Part shown: positions 18,212 through 28,762 of the stretch, one piece after another
Numbering within the stretch: position 1 is the first letter of the stretch
How the letters are laid out: every line of letters begins with the position of its first letter
Source: a cyanobacterium endosymbiont of Epithemia turgida isolate EtSB Lake Yunoko
Lineage (GTDB): Bacteria > Cyanobacteriota > Cyanobacteriia > Cyanobacteriales > Microcystaceae
Reading direction: 5' to 3'
Assembly: GCF_000829235.1 (NCBI RefSeq)
Contig: NZ_AP012549.1
Coordinates: 1,770,001-1,802,000, forward strand
Length of the DNA stretch: 32,000 nt
Notes under the pieces: model-generated
The model's input: the letters and a program-made list of their open reading frames with translations, nothing else
The model's database searches: none
What the model was told of the DNA's origin: nothing
Program-made: the position numbers and the translations under genes

Positions 18212-19582
18212 GTCGCTAGAGTAATTGTACGAACATTCTCTTATGTTAAATTTTAGGTGAGTTGACGAGTGATGCATATTCAATCACTCCATTACTAGAG
18301 TCTGTATCCTGCTATAAGCAGGATCGATGATTAATTTATTAGTCAAAGGTATCATCAGAGATTGTTGCCAGTTCTGAGAGATCGTTAAGAATAGATATCA
18401 CTAATATTGGAATCTATATCGGTTACTTAAAAATGGAAGTCCGTCACCTGTCTCAAGAACAAAATCTCCTAATCCATCTGTACCTGAATTATTTTTTAAA
18501 ACTAGTCCCTAAGTCGTGGAAGGAAAAATCATCGGATAGAGTGATCCTATATTTAAATGTCTTTCTATTTTGTTAATCGAATTAAAAGAAAGAGTCATAG
18601 ATTTAAAGAAATGTATAACACAATTGGAAACTAGGATAAAAACTTGAAGTTTGTTCCATTCTCCATTGCTGTAATCAGTCGATCAATCAATTCGAAAAAG
18701 ATTCCTTCATCGTCAACAACCAATTAATTTATAATCCATGTAACTTGCAACATTGCAGCCTGTGAATGAACAGAGGTGGAATATGAGTTAGAAAAGCATG
18801 ATTATTTACTTCAATATCGATGCATATATTTACATGGTAAAAGGTTTATATATTTGATTTATATTGAGCTGAAGAAGGGGTTATCTTAGTTAGGGAACAA
18901 TTGTAAGAAAATTAATGGATATTAGTGAAGATTTACGCCTATAAAAAGCGGGTATGGCTTTCCGCATCAAGATTTTTCCTTTAGTTAATGTAATAAAATC
19001 TCATCTAAAAAATATACAAATAATTTTATCTTTATAGATTTTATGATAAATTACTCTTATTCGCAGATATCTCAATTAATGCTTTTAATTTAAATTTGTT
19101 GTTCTACCTATTTTTATCTTGTTAAAAAAGTATTTGTACTAAAGAAAATAATTTTTTTTAAAAAAATTAAAAATATATAAATTAATGAATATGGTACTAA
19201 AAGTAGACTAACTATATTATAGTTGTTAACTAAAATTAATACGTTAACTACGATTTTACAATTACTTAATTTTTATTTTTTCTAACTATTAATCAAGATA
19301 TCGTTAAACCAAATATATCGCAGTTCATATTTAATTTATCAAGTATAATCTTAACCATATAACTCAGAATTTTCTTTTCTGTCCACTTCATGTTTTGACA
19401 ATAGAATCATAACCTCTTAATTTACTGTGCTGTAAGTGGATATGAGAAAGAAGATATTTGCCAAATTATTCAAAAATATCATCGAAATATTTGCGAATAA
19501 ATTATGTGTAAGGATTAGTTTTTATCCTAAGTAAAACCTTAATTTAATTAAAATAAAAGAATAATTACTTCTTATATCTATT

Positions 19583-20410
19583 TTAAGTTAACTTAATTTT
19601 ATTATATTGTTTAATGACTAAACTAAGTAAATAAGTAATTCCAGATATTAGAATAATAGTTGCCCCAGAAGTTAAGTTAAAATAATAAGATAAACCCAGT
19701 CCAAGGGTTGTAAAAAATCCTCCTAGGACAATCGCAACTATCATTATTTGTTTAAGATCTTGCAGAAATTGCTCTGCAATTGCTGCCGGAATTGTTAATA
19801 ATGCAATTACCATAATCAATCCAACAATCTGCATTACCATTACCACAGTCAAAGCAATCATGGCAACTAATATAAGATAAAGAGTATCCGCAGGAAGATC
19901 ACGAGTTAATGCAAAAATACGATCAAAAGAAATAGCTAATAACTCCTTGTAAAATACTGTTACTATCAAGATAATAACAGTATTTAAACCTACTACTATT
20001 AGTAAATTTGCTTTGGATACTGTTAGAATACTTCCAAATAAGTAACTCATTAAATCTGCTTTATACCCTGGGGTTAAATCCACTAAAATAATCCCAATCG
20101 CCATACCAACTGCCCACATGACACCAATTAAAGTATCCGTCCTTTGTTCAGTTTTTCGGGCTATCCATCCCATTCCTAAAGCTGCCATTAACGCAAAAAT
20201 AATCGCTCCGACAATAGGATTAAAACCATAAAAATAACCTAACCCAATACCGCCATAGGCCGCGTGGGCAATTCCTCCACTGATAAATACAATACGGTTA
20301 ACAACTACAAGTGTACCGACGATACCACAAGCAATACTAACTAATACCCCTACTAAAAGAGCATTCCGCATGAATTCAAATTGAAATAACTCAAAAATAC
20401 TTTCAATCAT
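19583..20410 (-). CDS. znuB: Zinc/metal ABC transporter permease (ABC-3 family)
   Basis: Polytopic membrane ORF (FEFMRNALLVG..., about 8 TM segments) following znuC. I prefer ATG at 20410 (MIESIFELFQFEFMRNA). The track start at 20467 is a TTG overlapping znuC by 35 nt. Confidence 0.9.
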   Translation of the reverse strand: MIESIFELFQFEFMRNALLVGVLVSIACGIVGTLVVVNRIVFISGGIAHAAYGGIGLGYFYGFNPIVGAIIFALMAALGMGWIARKTEQRTDTLIGVMWAVGMAIGIILVDLTPGYKADLMSYLFGSILTVSKANLLIVVGLNTVIILIVTVFYKELLAISFDRIFALTRDLPADTLYLILVAMIALTVVMVMQIVGLIMVIALLTIPAAIAEQFLQDLKQIMIVAIVLGGFFTTLGLGLSYYFNLTSGATIILISGITYLLSLVIKQYNKIKLT

Positions 20411-20432
20411 TACTGTAAAGGGAGCAAGAATG

Positions 20433-21179
20433 TTAAGTAAGAATCTGATGGGGGACTCTATGGGCAATTAAATCAATAGGACATTGATAAGTCCGTTCAA
20501 TAATATCACTGGTGAGCTGGTTCTCTCCGTGATAGAGTAGACGGCGATTGAGAGAGCCTATAGTTTTAACGTAGCTTGAAACTTCTCCTATATCATGGGA
20601 TATCATTAAAATTGTGATGTATTGATTAATCTCTTTCAGTAACTTATAAATACTGCTCTTTATTTGATAATCAACACTTGCCGTAGGTTCATCCAACAAC
20701 AAAATACGAGGTTCTGAAGCTAAAGCACGGGCAATATAAACCCGTTGACGTTGACCTCCGGATAATTGACCAATGGGACGATTGCGTAATTCGACTATTC
20801 CTACTTTTTCTAAACTATGATTGACAATGGCTTCGTCTTTAGCATTGTATCTGCGTAATAGACGACGTTTTCCTAACCGTCCCATCCTGACGACATCAGC
20901 AACCCTGACGGGAAACTCTCGATCAAATTCTAAGACTTGAGGAACATAACCTATATATTGTCGTCCAAAACTAACTCGCTTTCCCATAATTCTAACATTC
21001 CCCTGGCAAGGAGAAATTAATCCTAATATTAGTTTTAATAAGGTTGTCTTTCCCCCTCCATTTGGACCAATTAACCCAATAAAATCCCCTTCATAAACCG
21101 TAAAATCAATATCCTCTAAGACAAAAGTTTTATTATATTTTACCCAGACATGATTCAGACTAATAACTTCAGTAGACAT
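20433..21179 (-). CDS. znuC: Zinc/metal ABC transporter ATP-binding protein
   Basis: 248-aa ORF with Walker A GPNGGGKTT, ABC signature LSGGQRQRV, Walker B LLLDEPT and an H-loop SHD. Confidence 0.93.
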   Translation of the reverse strand: MSTEVISLNHVWVKYNKTFVLEDIDFTVYEGDFIGLIGPNGGGKTTLLKLILGLISPCQGNVRIMGKRVSFGRQYIGYVPQVLEFDREFPVRVADVVRMGRLGKRRLLRRYNAKDEAIVNHSLEKVGIVELRNRPIGQLSGGQRQRVYIARALASEPRILLLDEPTASVDYQIKSSIYKLLKEINQYITILMISHDIGEVSSYVKTIGSLNRRLLYHGENQLTSDIIERTYQCPIDLIAHRVPHQILT

Positions 21180-21210
21180 AAAATAAAATTGGTGGTAGTT
21201 CTTTATAAAT

Positions 21211-22119
21211 TTAATCTAAAACATTAGAAAAAATTTCAGAAACTTTTAGTAAATTTTCTGACCAATTAGGTTCCAAGGGACTAATTAATAAAACTTCTCC
21301 ATTGATTTCCTTGGCAATAACTGTAGCAGGATTGGTATTTAATTCCGGCTGAGAAAAAATAACTTTTATTTTTTCTTCTTTAGCTTCTTTAACTAATTTC
21401 CCTAACTCAGCAGGACTCGGTCCTTGACCTCCTATTTCTACAGGTATTTGAGTCAAGTTATACTCATTAGCAAAGTAACCCCAAGCCGGATGAAATACGA
21501 CAAATTTTCTATTTTTTATTTGGCTGAGATTTTCTTTTATTTTACTACCTAACTGCTCAATTTCTTGTATAAATATTTCTAGATTCTCTAAATACTCTAC
21601 CTGATAATTAGGATCAAGTCTAGTTAATCCTTGATAAATATTTTTAGCCTGTATCTTGGCTAATGTTGGAGATAGCCAAATATGGGGATCTAGGGTTTCT
21701 GTCGCGCTTTCTGATTTTGATTTATCATGGTGATGTTCATGGTTTATCATAGGGAGGCGTTCTATTCCCTTAGCTGAGTCGATAATTTGCAATTGAGTAT
21801 TCGCCCCTGAAATCTTATCTATCCATGCTCTTTCAAACGGGATACCGATAGTAATGTAAGCTTCAGCATGACTCAAAGCTTGTAACTGTTCGGGTTTTGG
21901 TTCATAGTTATGGAAGTCTGCCCCAGGTCTTACCATAACATTAATCTTGACGCGATCACCTCCAATTTTTCTAACAAAATATTTCTGAGGTACAATACTT
22001 ACAGTAATATCTAAAATTTCTTTAGTCTTGCTTTGAGTTCTTGACGGGTTACTACATCCCGTCATTGTAACAACGTTCAACACCAAGGCCATCCAGATAA
22101 CCGAAACCTGCAAATTCAT
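21211..22119 (-). CDS. znuA: Zinc ABC transporter substrate-binding lipoprotein (cluster A-I / ZnuA type)
   Basis: 302-aa ORF. Lipoprotein signal ends with lipobox MTGC. It shows TroA/ZnuA-family fold signatures (FHNYEP, DPHIWLSP, FHPAWGYF). The acidic/His-rich loop INHEHHHDKSKSES is typical of Zn-specific ZnuA. Confidence 0.9.
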   Translation of the reverse strand: MNLQVSVIWMALVLNVVTMTGCSNPSRTQSKTKEILDITVSIVPQKYFVRKIGGDRVKINVMVRPGADFHNYEPKPEQLQALSHAEAYITIGIPFERAWIDKISGANTQLQIIDSAKGIERLPMINHEHHHDKSKSESATETLDPHIWLSPTLAKIQAKNIYQGLTRLDPNYQVEYLENLEIFIQEIEQLGSKIKENLSQIKNRKFVVFHPAWGYFANEYNLTQIPVEIGGQGPSPAELGKLVKEAKEEKIKVIFSQPELNTNPATVIAKEINGEVLLISPLEPNWSENLLKVSEIFSNVLD

Positions 22120-22146
22120 TTAAGATTATGACCTTTATGTAAGAGT

Positions 22147-22165
22147 GACAACGATCATAATTATA
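22147..22165 (-). promoter_or_regulatory. Candidate znuA promoter/operator (TATAAT-TATGAT-CGTTGTC in gene orientation)
   Basis: It lies 28-46 nt upstream of the znuA ATG (22119). It contains two overlapping -10-like hexamers and the 14-mer TTATGATCGTTGTC, which resembles the COG0523 upstream element. There is no experimental support. Confidence 0.3.
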
Positions 22166-22843
22166 TTTTATATACTTTAATAAGTCTTTAAATATTTCAC
22201 TATACCCTATATATAAAAAAGATAATGTAGCTGTTAAACTGGAAGAATATTTATTAACTATATCTTTTTTTTGTTCGAACTTATGTTTTCCACTATTATT
22301 TTTTTAATGAAATATTAAATAAGTTTTTCTATTAGCTGTTTTTATAATGAAAATAACTTTTATTTAGTAAAGGTATATCTTAAGTTAAGATAAATAAATT
22401 AATATTATAATTAGAGATCGATTTTTGATGATAGAATATCAGTCTAGATTGAAGATCAATAATATAATATTACTGATTGCCACTTTTATATTGATTTTAA
22501 ATAGACGTTATTTGAGTATTTTACCTTATTAATTATACTTGATACATTATTATATGTATTTTTCAATTATTGGCTGAAAGGTGAAGTATTAGTTGATTGT
22601 TTAATTTAAAATATTAAGCCATACTCTCTACTCCCAAGTGACAAATAGTAGTTAGTATAAAAGAATCAATTCAAGCCATCTATATCAGATGACTAAACCT
22701 TGCTTAAACAAAAACATAACCTTATTGAGCAATTGTATTAATACAAGCTTTGATCTAGATCATCAACAAACTAAAACGTTGTTGTAAACATACATGAATT
22801 GTAGTGTTTACTTGTACCGATTATCCTTTAAATTTAATCATTA

Positions 22844-24481
22844 TTATTTAATCTTAAAATACAACAATATTATCCCTAACAATAATAATATTTTAGTTAA
22901 CCAATCGCCCCATTGGACGTATAAAGTGTGACTGTGACTACGATAAATTTTCCCTTGATGTAATTGATAAGTGTTAATATCAGATATCCATAAAGTTTGA
23001 CCACGAGGATTAACAATGCCAGAATATCCGGTGTTAGTTACTCTTGCCATCCATTTACCTGTTTCAATGGCTCTAATTATATCTTGAGCATGATGTTGGG
23101 CAGGCATTGCTGTACTATAATGGGCATTATTGGACGCTGTAATTATAAATTCTCCACCTATTTTTGCTTGACGACGAAAATGTTCACTAAAGGCTGATTC
23201 ATAGCAAATTCCTACAATTGCTTGACCAAAGGGAGTCTTAAAAATTTGATTGTTATCCCCTGCTTTTAAATGGTTGTCTAAAGGAGAAAGTCGATCAATA
23301 ACTTTGCCTAAAATAGATTCAAAAGGAATGTATTCTCCCAAAGGAACCAATTTTACTTTATCAAAACGGCTTAATATTTCCCCTTCTCCTGTCACTAAAA
23401 ATAAGCTATTGGTATAGCTGTTGTTTCGCCTGCCAAATGCTCCTAATAAAACAGGGACTTTGTGTGTCAAAATCTCTGAATATAAAGGACTATTAATTAC
23501 AATATGATTCCAGTTAAAGGGTAAAGCAGTTTCTGGTGTTATAATTAAATCAACGCCCTTATCAGCTAATAGTTTATAGCCATTTGTATAACCATAAGTC
23601 GCTTTTTGTAAACCCTCAGCATAAAGTTTTATGGTATTAGGAATATTACCTTGGATAATACCTACTTTTATGGCATTTTTTTCTGATTTTAGAACTGGTA
23701 TTTTATATAAAAATAATCCTGTTAAATGCAACCCAAGTAAAACTATTTTGGATATAACAAAAAGAGTTAAAGAGTTATTATTATACAGATTAAATCTTAG
23801 TAAAGAATTTTTTTTTGAAATTAAAAAAATTAATTTAGATTGATTATCATGTAAAATCATTCCTTCTGCAATTAATCCATTGACAGCAACAATAGCAGCA
23901 GTTATAGTCGAAAATCCTGAGAATTGACTAAGTTGTAAAATAGCTAAATTATTAGGACTTTGGGTGTAGGAAAGTGAAGTCCACCATAAAGGTCCTTGAC
24001 TCCAAATTGATTCCAGTAAACACCAAATTGCGACACCAAAAATAACCCTAAAACAAGAATTAATTAAAGTATTTTTAAGATAAATATTTCTATAATTTAG
24101 ATAATCAAAACCCCTAATAACCAATGACCAAGTAGCAACCAATACAGCTCCCCAAAGGGTAATAAATAGCCAACAAATAATAGCAATTAATAAACTAGTC
24201 AACCAAGAAAAATTCATCCAAGTCATGGGATGAATTCCAGTAATCCAAAATAAACTTAATCCATGATAACCTAATCCCCAAAATAAAGCACTCCAGGTTT
24301 TTTGGTGAAAAATAAAAGATTTTATAGTTAGTTTTTCTTCGAATTGATTAAGATAATTATGAGTCTTAATAGTAAAGAACCATAGAGGAATTAAAGCTAA
24401 CCATGCTAAGTAAAAAACTGACATAGGAGCAGTTGATAATCCCATTAATATTCCACTGAAAAAAGTTATAATTATTGGCAT
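22844..24481 (-). CDS. lnt: Apolipoprotein N-acyltransferase
   Basis: 545-aa ORF with an N-terminal polytopic membrane domain and a C-terminal CN-hydrolase domain. The catalytic-triad context is VGIIQGNIP...DLIITPETALPF (Glu), KVKLVPLGEYIPF (Lys) and VGICYESAF (Cys). Confidence 0.9.
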   Translation of the reverse strand: MPIIITFFSGILMGLSTAPMSVFYLAWLALIPLWFFTIKTHNYLNQFEEKLTIKSFIFHQKTWSALFWGLGYHGLSLFWITGIHPMTWMNFSWLTSLLIAIICWLFITLWGAVLVATWSLVIRGFDYLNYRNIYLKNTLINSCFRVIFGVAIWCLLESIWSQGPLWWTSLSYTQSPNNLAILQLSQFSGFSTITAAIVAVNGLIAEGMILHDNQSKLIFLISKKNSLLRFNLYNNNSLTLFVISKIVLLGLHLTGLFLYKIPVLKSEKNAIKVGIIQGNIPNTIKLYAEGLQKATYGYTNGYKLLADKGVDLIITPETALPFNWNHIVINSPLYSEILTHKVPVLLGAFGRRNNSYTNSLFLVTGEGEILSRFDKVKLVPLGEYIPFESILGKVIDRLSPLDNHLKAGDNNQIFKTPFGQAIVGICYESAFSEHFRRQAKIGGEFIITASNNAHYSTAMPAQHHAQDIIRAIETGKWMARVTNTGYSGIVNPRGQTLWISDINTYQLHQGKIYRSHSHTLYVQWGDWLTKILLLLGIILLYFKIK

Positions 24482-24548
24482 GTCAGAAGGTTTAAAAATT
24501 TATTGATAATTTATTCAGTTAACTTCAACAGGTAAATATTTATTAATA

Positions 24549-25880
24549 TTATTTTTGTTTTATTTTATAGATATGTTCAAGTGATTCTTTATCTTTAAAA
24601 GATTTAACAGTAGTAGTCCCCATTACCTGACTGTTATGAAAAATTTTAGGATTGATTTCGATGTCAACTTCAATAGGATGTATTTTTCCTTCATATTCAT
24701 CAACAAACTTATTTACAATTAGCTTTATAATATGATATGCAGTTAGAAGAAATATATTTAGCCATAATTAAGCATTCACTTTTATGGAATAATTGTAGCA
24801 GGACATATCCTTCAATATAACGAGTCTCGTTATGTTGAAGGATATGCTATGTAAGTAACAGAAGCTGGTCCTTTTTGATATTTGTTTCCTTGAGTTTCGG
24901 GGATTATCTCATCTTCTTGAATTAGGTTATATGCTGATAGCCATCGTTGTGTAATTAATGCTGCAATACAATATGTTCCAGCGGCAGTAGCTGCTTGGCG
25001 ATATGTATGATTTTTTGTACGTCTCCAGTCGCATAAACCCTTTTAATATCGGTTTGCACTGTTTCTGTTTTTGTTAAAACAGAAACAGTATCATTGAGTT
25101 ATAACCGTTCTTTAAGTAAGTCTGTATTGGAGATATGACAAGTAGCATACAATAACCCTCTAACCTTTTCTTCCGTCTGATTATTACGAATTGTTAGCCC
25201 CTCGAATTTAGAATCACTAAGGATGACGCCTACTACTTTTCTATTGCAGAAAATGATAATGTTTAAATGGTTGAAGACTCGATTTTGTAGAGTTTCACCA
25301 ACCCGCATTTCCTTTCTACGAACTAGGATATAAATCAATGATCCGCACTTAGTTAAATAAAGATCTTTTTCTGCTGCAGTATTTTCATCTCCTATAATAA
25401 ATTACTAGTTCTTGATTTCTAAACATTGGGGTTGCTCCATTACGGATAGCACAGACAGAAATTCTCCGACCCTAAAACTTCTCTTCATTACTAATTCTTC
25501 AGTGTTTAGTGATTTTTCCTGTCGAAACAATTAGACTATAGGTTAATATTTTACGTTCGGCCAAATGCAGCTTGAAAATACGCTGACTTAAATGGAATTT
25601 AACTATATATTTAGTATAACGTTGAGGAACTCAATGTTTTGTTTTTGTTCTCATCTATTCCATTCATTCAGAACAGGTAGTACCTTCAAACAACTCTAAA
25701 ATTTTTTATACTTTTACGGTCAGAAGTCGTAGTAGTCATTAGTCGTCCACCACGAATGCCTGCTACTCTTAAATATTCAAGAATAACATGTTTTATTCAG
25801 CCCGTTCAGTGTCAATCAATGTGGTGTAACCGGCTGAACCTGAGCCAACAATGACTAAGTTCTATATCGCTCTATTAACT
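24549..25880 (-). pseudogene. trxB: NTRC-type NADPH-thioredoxin reductase (TrxR fused to a C-terminal thioredoxin module), heavily disrupted
   Basis: Own minus-strand reading gives these segments. N-terminus: NLVIVGSGSAGYTT (FAD GxGxxG). Redox site: SVCAIRNGATPMF, where CAxCDG is expected and the second Cys is CGT at 25442-25444. Mid-region: track ORF 25099..25338, ILVRRKEMRVGETLQNRVFNHLNIII...VRGLLYATCHISNTDLL. Also ATGDVQ...RQAATAAGTYCIAALITQRWL. Trx module: LIVNKFVDEYEGKIHPIEVDIEINPKIFHNSQVMGTTTVKSFKDKESLEH, with the WCGPC site unrecognisable. There are many stops and frameshifts between segments. Confidence 0.85.
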
Positions 25881-26226
25881 ATTCGTTTCGAATGAATAAC
25901 TATTGATCAATGCGTTCTAATTTTACTAATAATTATGGTTTATTAGGACAAGTTTTTAAAACACTGTCTTCTACACACTAGAATTTATTATTTTTAAATA
26001 AATAAAAAATTACTATAACTAAAATAGAGAAAATTCTAGAAAATAAATATATGAATAAAGTAAAAAAAATTATGATTATTAGACTAATTTTTGTTATTAT
26101 CTAAATAAGCCAATTGTAGTATTTTTAAGGATATATAGAATAATTGTATAGTAGATGAAAAATAATTAAAGAGATGTTAGCTTAATATTCACTGAAAACT
26201 TTAGATTACTCCTATTAACCTTCATT

Positions 26227-27579
26227 ATGAAGCGTCGTCAATTCATTAAATATAGCAGCCTAGGAACGGCTAGTTTAGGAATAACTGCTTGCGTTCAAGG
26301 TAATCTAGATTTCCTTCGTTCGTCAGAAACTTCATTAAACCCCAACAATAAATTTGGCTCATTGGAAAAAACTAACCTAATTCTAGGGTTTGTTCCGACT
26401 ACCGATGCTGCTCCCTTGATTATTGCCCAAGAAAAGGGTTTTTTTCAGCGTTATGGCTTAAAAGTTACATTCAAACGTCGATCTTCCTGGGAAGTAATCG
26501 AAAAGGGTTTATTGAGCTGGCAATTAGATGCCGCACAAGCTCCCTTTGCTTTACCTATGTTTGCACAGTTAGGGAAACACAAAGCTCCCCTTATTTCCCT
26601 GATGAATCTTAATTTGAATGGTAGTGCCATTACCTTTACTAAGAAAGCTTGGGAAAAAGGTTTACGTCCCTTCCTAAATTATAATAATTTTAGGGATTTT
26701 GAAAGAAGTTTTCGCCAATATATTCGAGGCAGTAGCCAGACTCGCTTTGCTATAGACTCCCCAATTTCAATGGATGCCTATTTATTACGTTATTGGCTAG
26801 CAGCTATGGGAGTTGATCCTGATCGTGAGGTAGGATTATTAGAATTTCAGGCCAGGCAATTGACATATAAATTACAAGCACGAATGATAGAAGGCTATAG
26901 TATTTCGGCGCCATGGACGCGCTCTGCAATTATTGAAAATACAGGATTCATCATCAATATTAGTCGAGACATTTGGCAGGGACATCCTAATAAGATTTTA
27001 GCCGCTATGGATGGTTGGGTGAAAAAACATCCTGTTACTGCACGATCTTTAATGGCTGCGTTATTAGAAGCCTGCCAATATTGCGATCACCAGCGTCATC
27101 ACAGAGAAATGGCTGAAATATTAGCTAAAAGTCAATATTTAAACTTGGATAGGACTTTAATTGAACCAACTTTAAATGGACAGTATACTTATACCAATAA
27201 CACTCCTAACAATAAATTAGTAGAAATTCCCGACTTTACTATTTTTCACTATCAAGATACTCCTTATCTTAAGATCCCCGATCATGCTAATTATCCTTGG
27301 CGTTCTCATGCTGTATGGTTGCTAACCCAAATGATTCGTTGGAATCAACTAGAAACCACTAGTTATCCGAAAGATGCTGATAGAATCTTGGATCGAATTT
27401 ATCCTATTTCTATCTATAAAGAAGTAGCTAAAGTCCTAAATATTAGAATTCCTAGTGAATTAATGAAATTTGAACCAACTAACGCTTTCATAGATGGGCG
27501 ACCTTTTGATCCTAGTCAACCTCTAGTTTATCTTAATCAGTTTTCTATTCGGGCAAGTAATTCTCAATTTCCTGTTTGA
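26227..27579 (+). CDS. NrtA/CmpA-family (nitrate/bicarbonate-type) ABC transporter substrate-binding lipoprotein with a Tat signal; no partner permease or ATPase adjacent
   Basis: 450-aa ORF. Twin-arginine signal: MKRRQFIKYSSLGTASLGITAC, with lipobox ITAC. LILGFVPTTDAAPLIIAQEKGFFQRYGL, LLRYWLAAMGVDPD and the ISAPW blocks match the NrtA/CmpA architecture. The remainder is divergent. Confidence 0.8.
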   Translation: MKRRQFIKYSSLGTASLGITACVQGNLDFLRSSETSLNPNNKFGSLEKTNLILGFVPTTDAAPLIIAQEKGFFQRYGLKVTFKRRSSWEVIEKGLLSWQLDAAQAPFALPMFAQLGKHKAPLISLMNLNLNGSAITFTKKAWEKGLRPFLNYNNFRDFERSFRQYIRGSSQTRFAIDSPISMDAYLLRYWLAAMGVDPDREVGLLEFQARQLTYKLQARMIEGYSISAPWTRSAIIENTGFIINISRDIWQGHPNKILAAMDGWVKKHPVTARSLMAALLEACQYCDHQRHHREMAEILAKSQYLNLDRTLIEPTLNGQYTYTNNTPNNKLVEIPDFTIFHYQDTPYLKIPDHANYPWRSHAVWLLTQMIRWNQLETTSYPKDADRILDRIYPISIYKEVAKVLNIRIPSELMKFEPTNAFIDGRPFDPSQPLVYLNQFSIRASNSQFPV

Positions 27580-28705
27580 AAGCTAACAATAATTTTATTA
27601 ATTTATTATCCTAATCAATAAAGATTAGTTTTTGCATTTACTAAGTTTATTTACAGTAATGAAGGTAATGTTATTTATGCGGACAACATACGGATTTTGA
27701 AGCTGGTCTATTTCTCATTTTACTAGATATGGCAATTTTACAGATCTAATCTTGCCTATTGCATTATGGATCTCTTTTGCCCTTATTTCTATTACTGGAC
27801 TAGTGCAAGCTGTTCTGCAAATTTATTTTTTTATACTATTCCTCATCTTACCCTTTAGGTCAGCTGCCAAGATCGTTGTTTACTTAATTGATTATGAAGA
27901 TGGCATATTAAAAGAATTCGTGCTGATTTTTCTTTGATTATTAGCAATAATACTAAGTTGTTCAGTGATCGCTGATAACTTAGCGTTATTTTTCTTAGTT
28001 GAAATCAAAAATAGCAAGAGAATTAAAACAATTATAACTACGTTTTAAATACTATTTAAACTTTTTTAACTAAAATATAAAAATTATAATTATATTGTTT
28101 ATTACTAATTTTGCAGAAGTTACTAATATTAATCATATTACTTGTAAGATAGTGATTATGAAATAGAAGTAGAGATTATTGGCGTAACTACCTGTTATCT
28201 GACTACAAATTTAAGTGAAGGTATAATTTAAAAACAATATGTCACGAGAATAAGTCATCGTCATACAAACGAAAATAAGAATAAAAGTATTTTGTTTAAA
28301 TACAAGAGACATGAAAGTTAAATAAATTGCAGACTGGGTTAAACTTTTTACAAAAATAAGAAGAAAAGCAATTTCTAGATAGATTATTCGGGGAAGAGAA
28401 GGATTATAGGAATATTCAAAAAGTGAAAAGGAGAAAACTTGGACTAAATAAAATATATTGAATATCCCACATAAAAAATAAAAAAATTATAACAGGTAAC
28501 AATTATATAAAACTTTTAAAAAAAAGAGGAAAATAAAAAATTATCATCGGCATATTTGGAAAGACAGTTTTATTTAATAAACAATAAAAATATAAATATT
28601 TTTTACTTATGAAAGTAAAGTTGATCTTGTTAATTTTAGTCATTTATTAGATGTCTAAAGATTAGAATATAAAATTAATTATAAAAAATAAAAATTTTAA
28701 ATATA

Positions 28706-28762
28706 AAAGGAGTATATTAATAGAGAATAATTTGTAATTATTCTCTATTAATATACTCCTTT
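28706..28762. repeat. 57-bp perfect palindrome in an AT-rich desert
   Basis: aaaggagtatattaatagagaataat - ttgta - attattctctattaatatactccttt. The 26-bp arms (28706-28731 and 28737-28762) are exact reverse complements. Confidence 0.95.

Noticed and set aside
18062-18283. Track ORF 18062..18283 (-)
   Set aside because: It runs antisense across the COG0523 3' end and straight through the 55-bp palindrome. It is an artefact of the palindrome and local composition.
18480-18990. Possible decayed Fur/Zur-family regulator between the COG0523 gene and znuABC
   Set aside because: Some plus-strand fragments can be forced onto Fur motifs, such as LKER...FS.A.I and GYGFPHQD near the end. Doing so needs several arbitrary frame changes, and the spacing between the putative CxxCGK and GF segments is about 17 residues too long. 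This is not supportable without a real alignment.
22997-23843. Track ORFs 22997..23197 (+) and 23631..23843 (+)
   Set aside because: They are antisense within lnt and are shadow ORFs.
25099-25338. Track ORF 25099..25338 (-) as an independent 79-aa gene
   Set aside because: It is the longest surviving in-frame piece of the NTRC-type trxB pseudogene (the NADPH-domain segment), not a separate gene.
27752-27937. Track ORF 27752..27937 (+), a hydrophobic 61-aa peptide, considered as an nrtB remnant or small membrane protein
   Set aside because: It shows no convincing similarity to NrtB/CmpB motifs and has an atypical start context. Hydrophobicity is expected from T-rich DNA.
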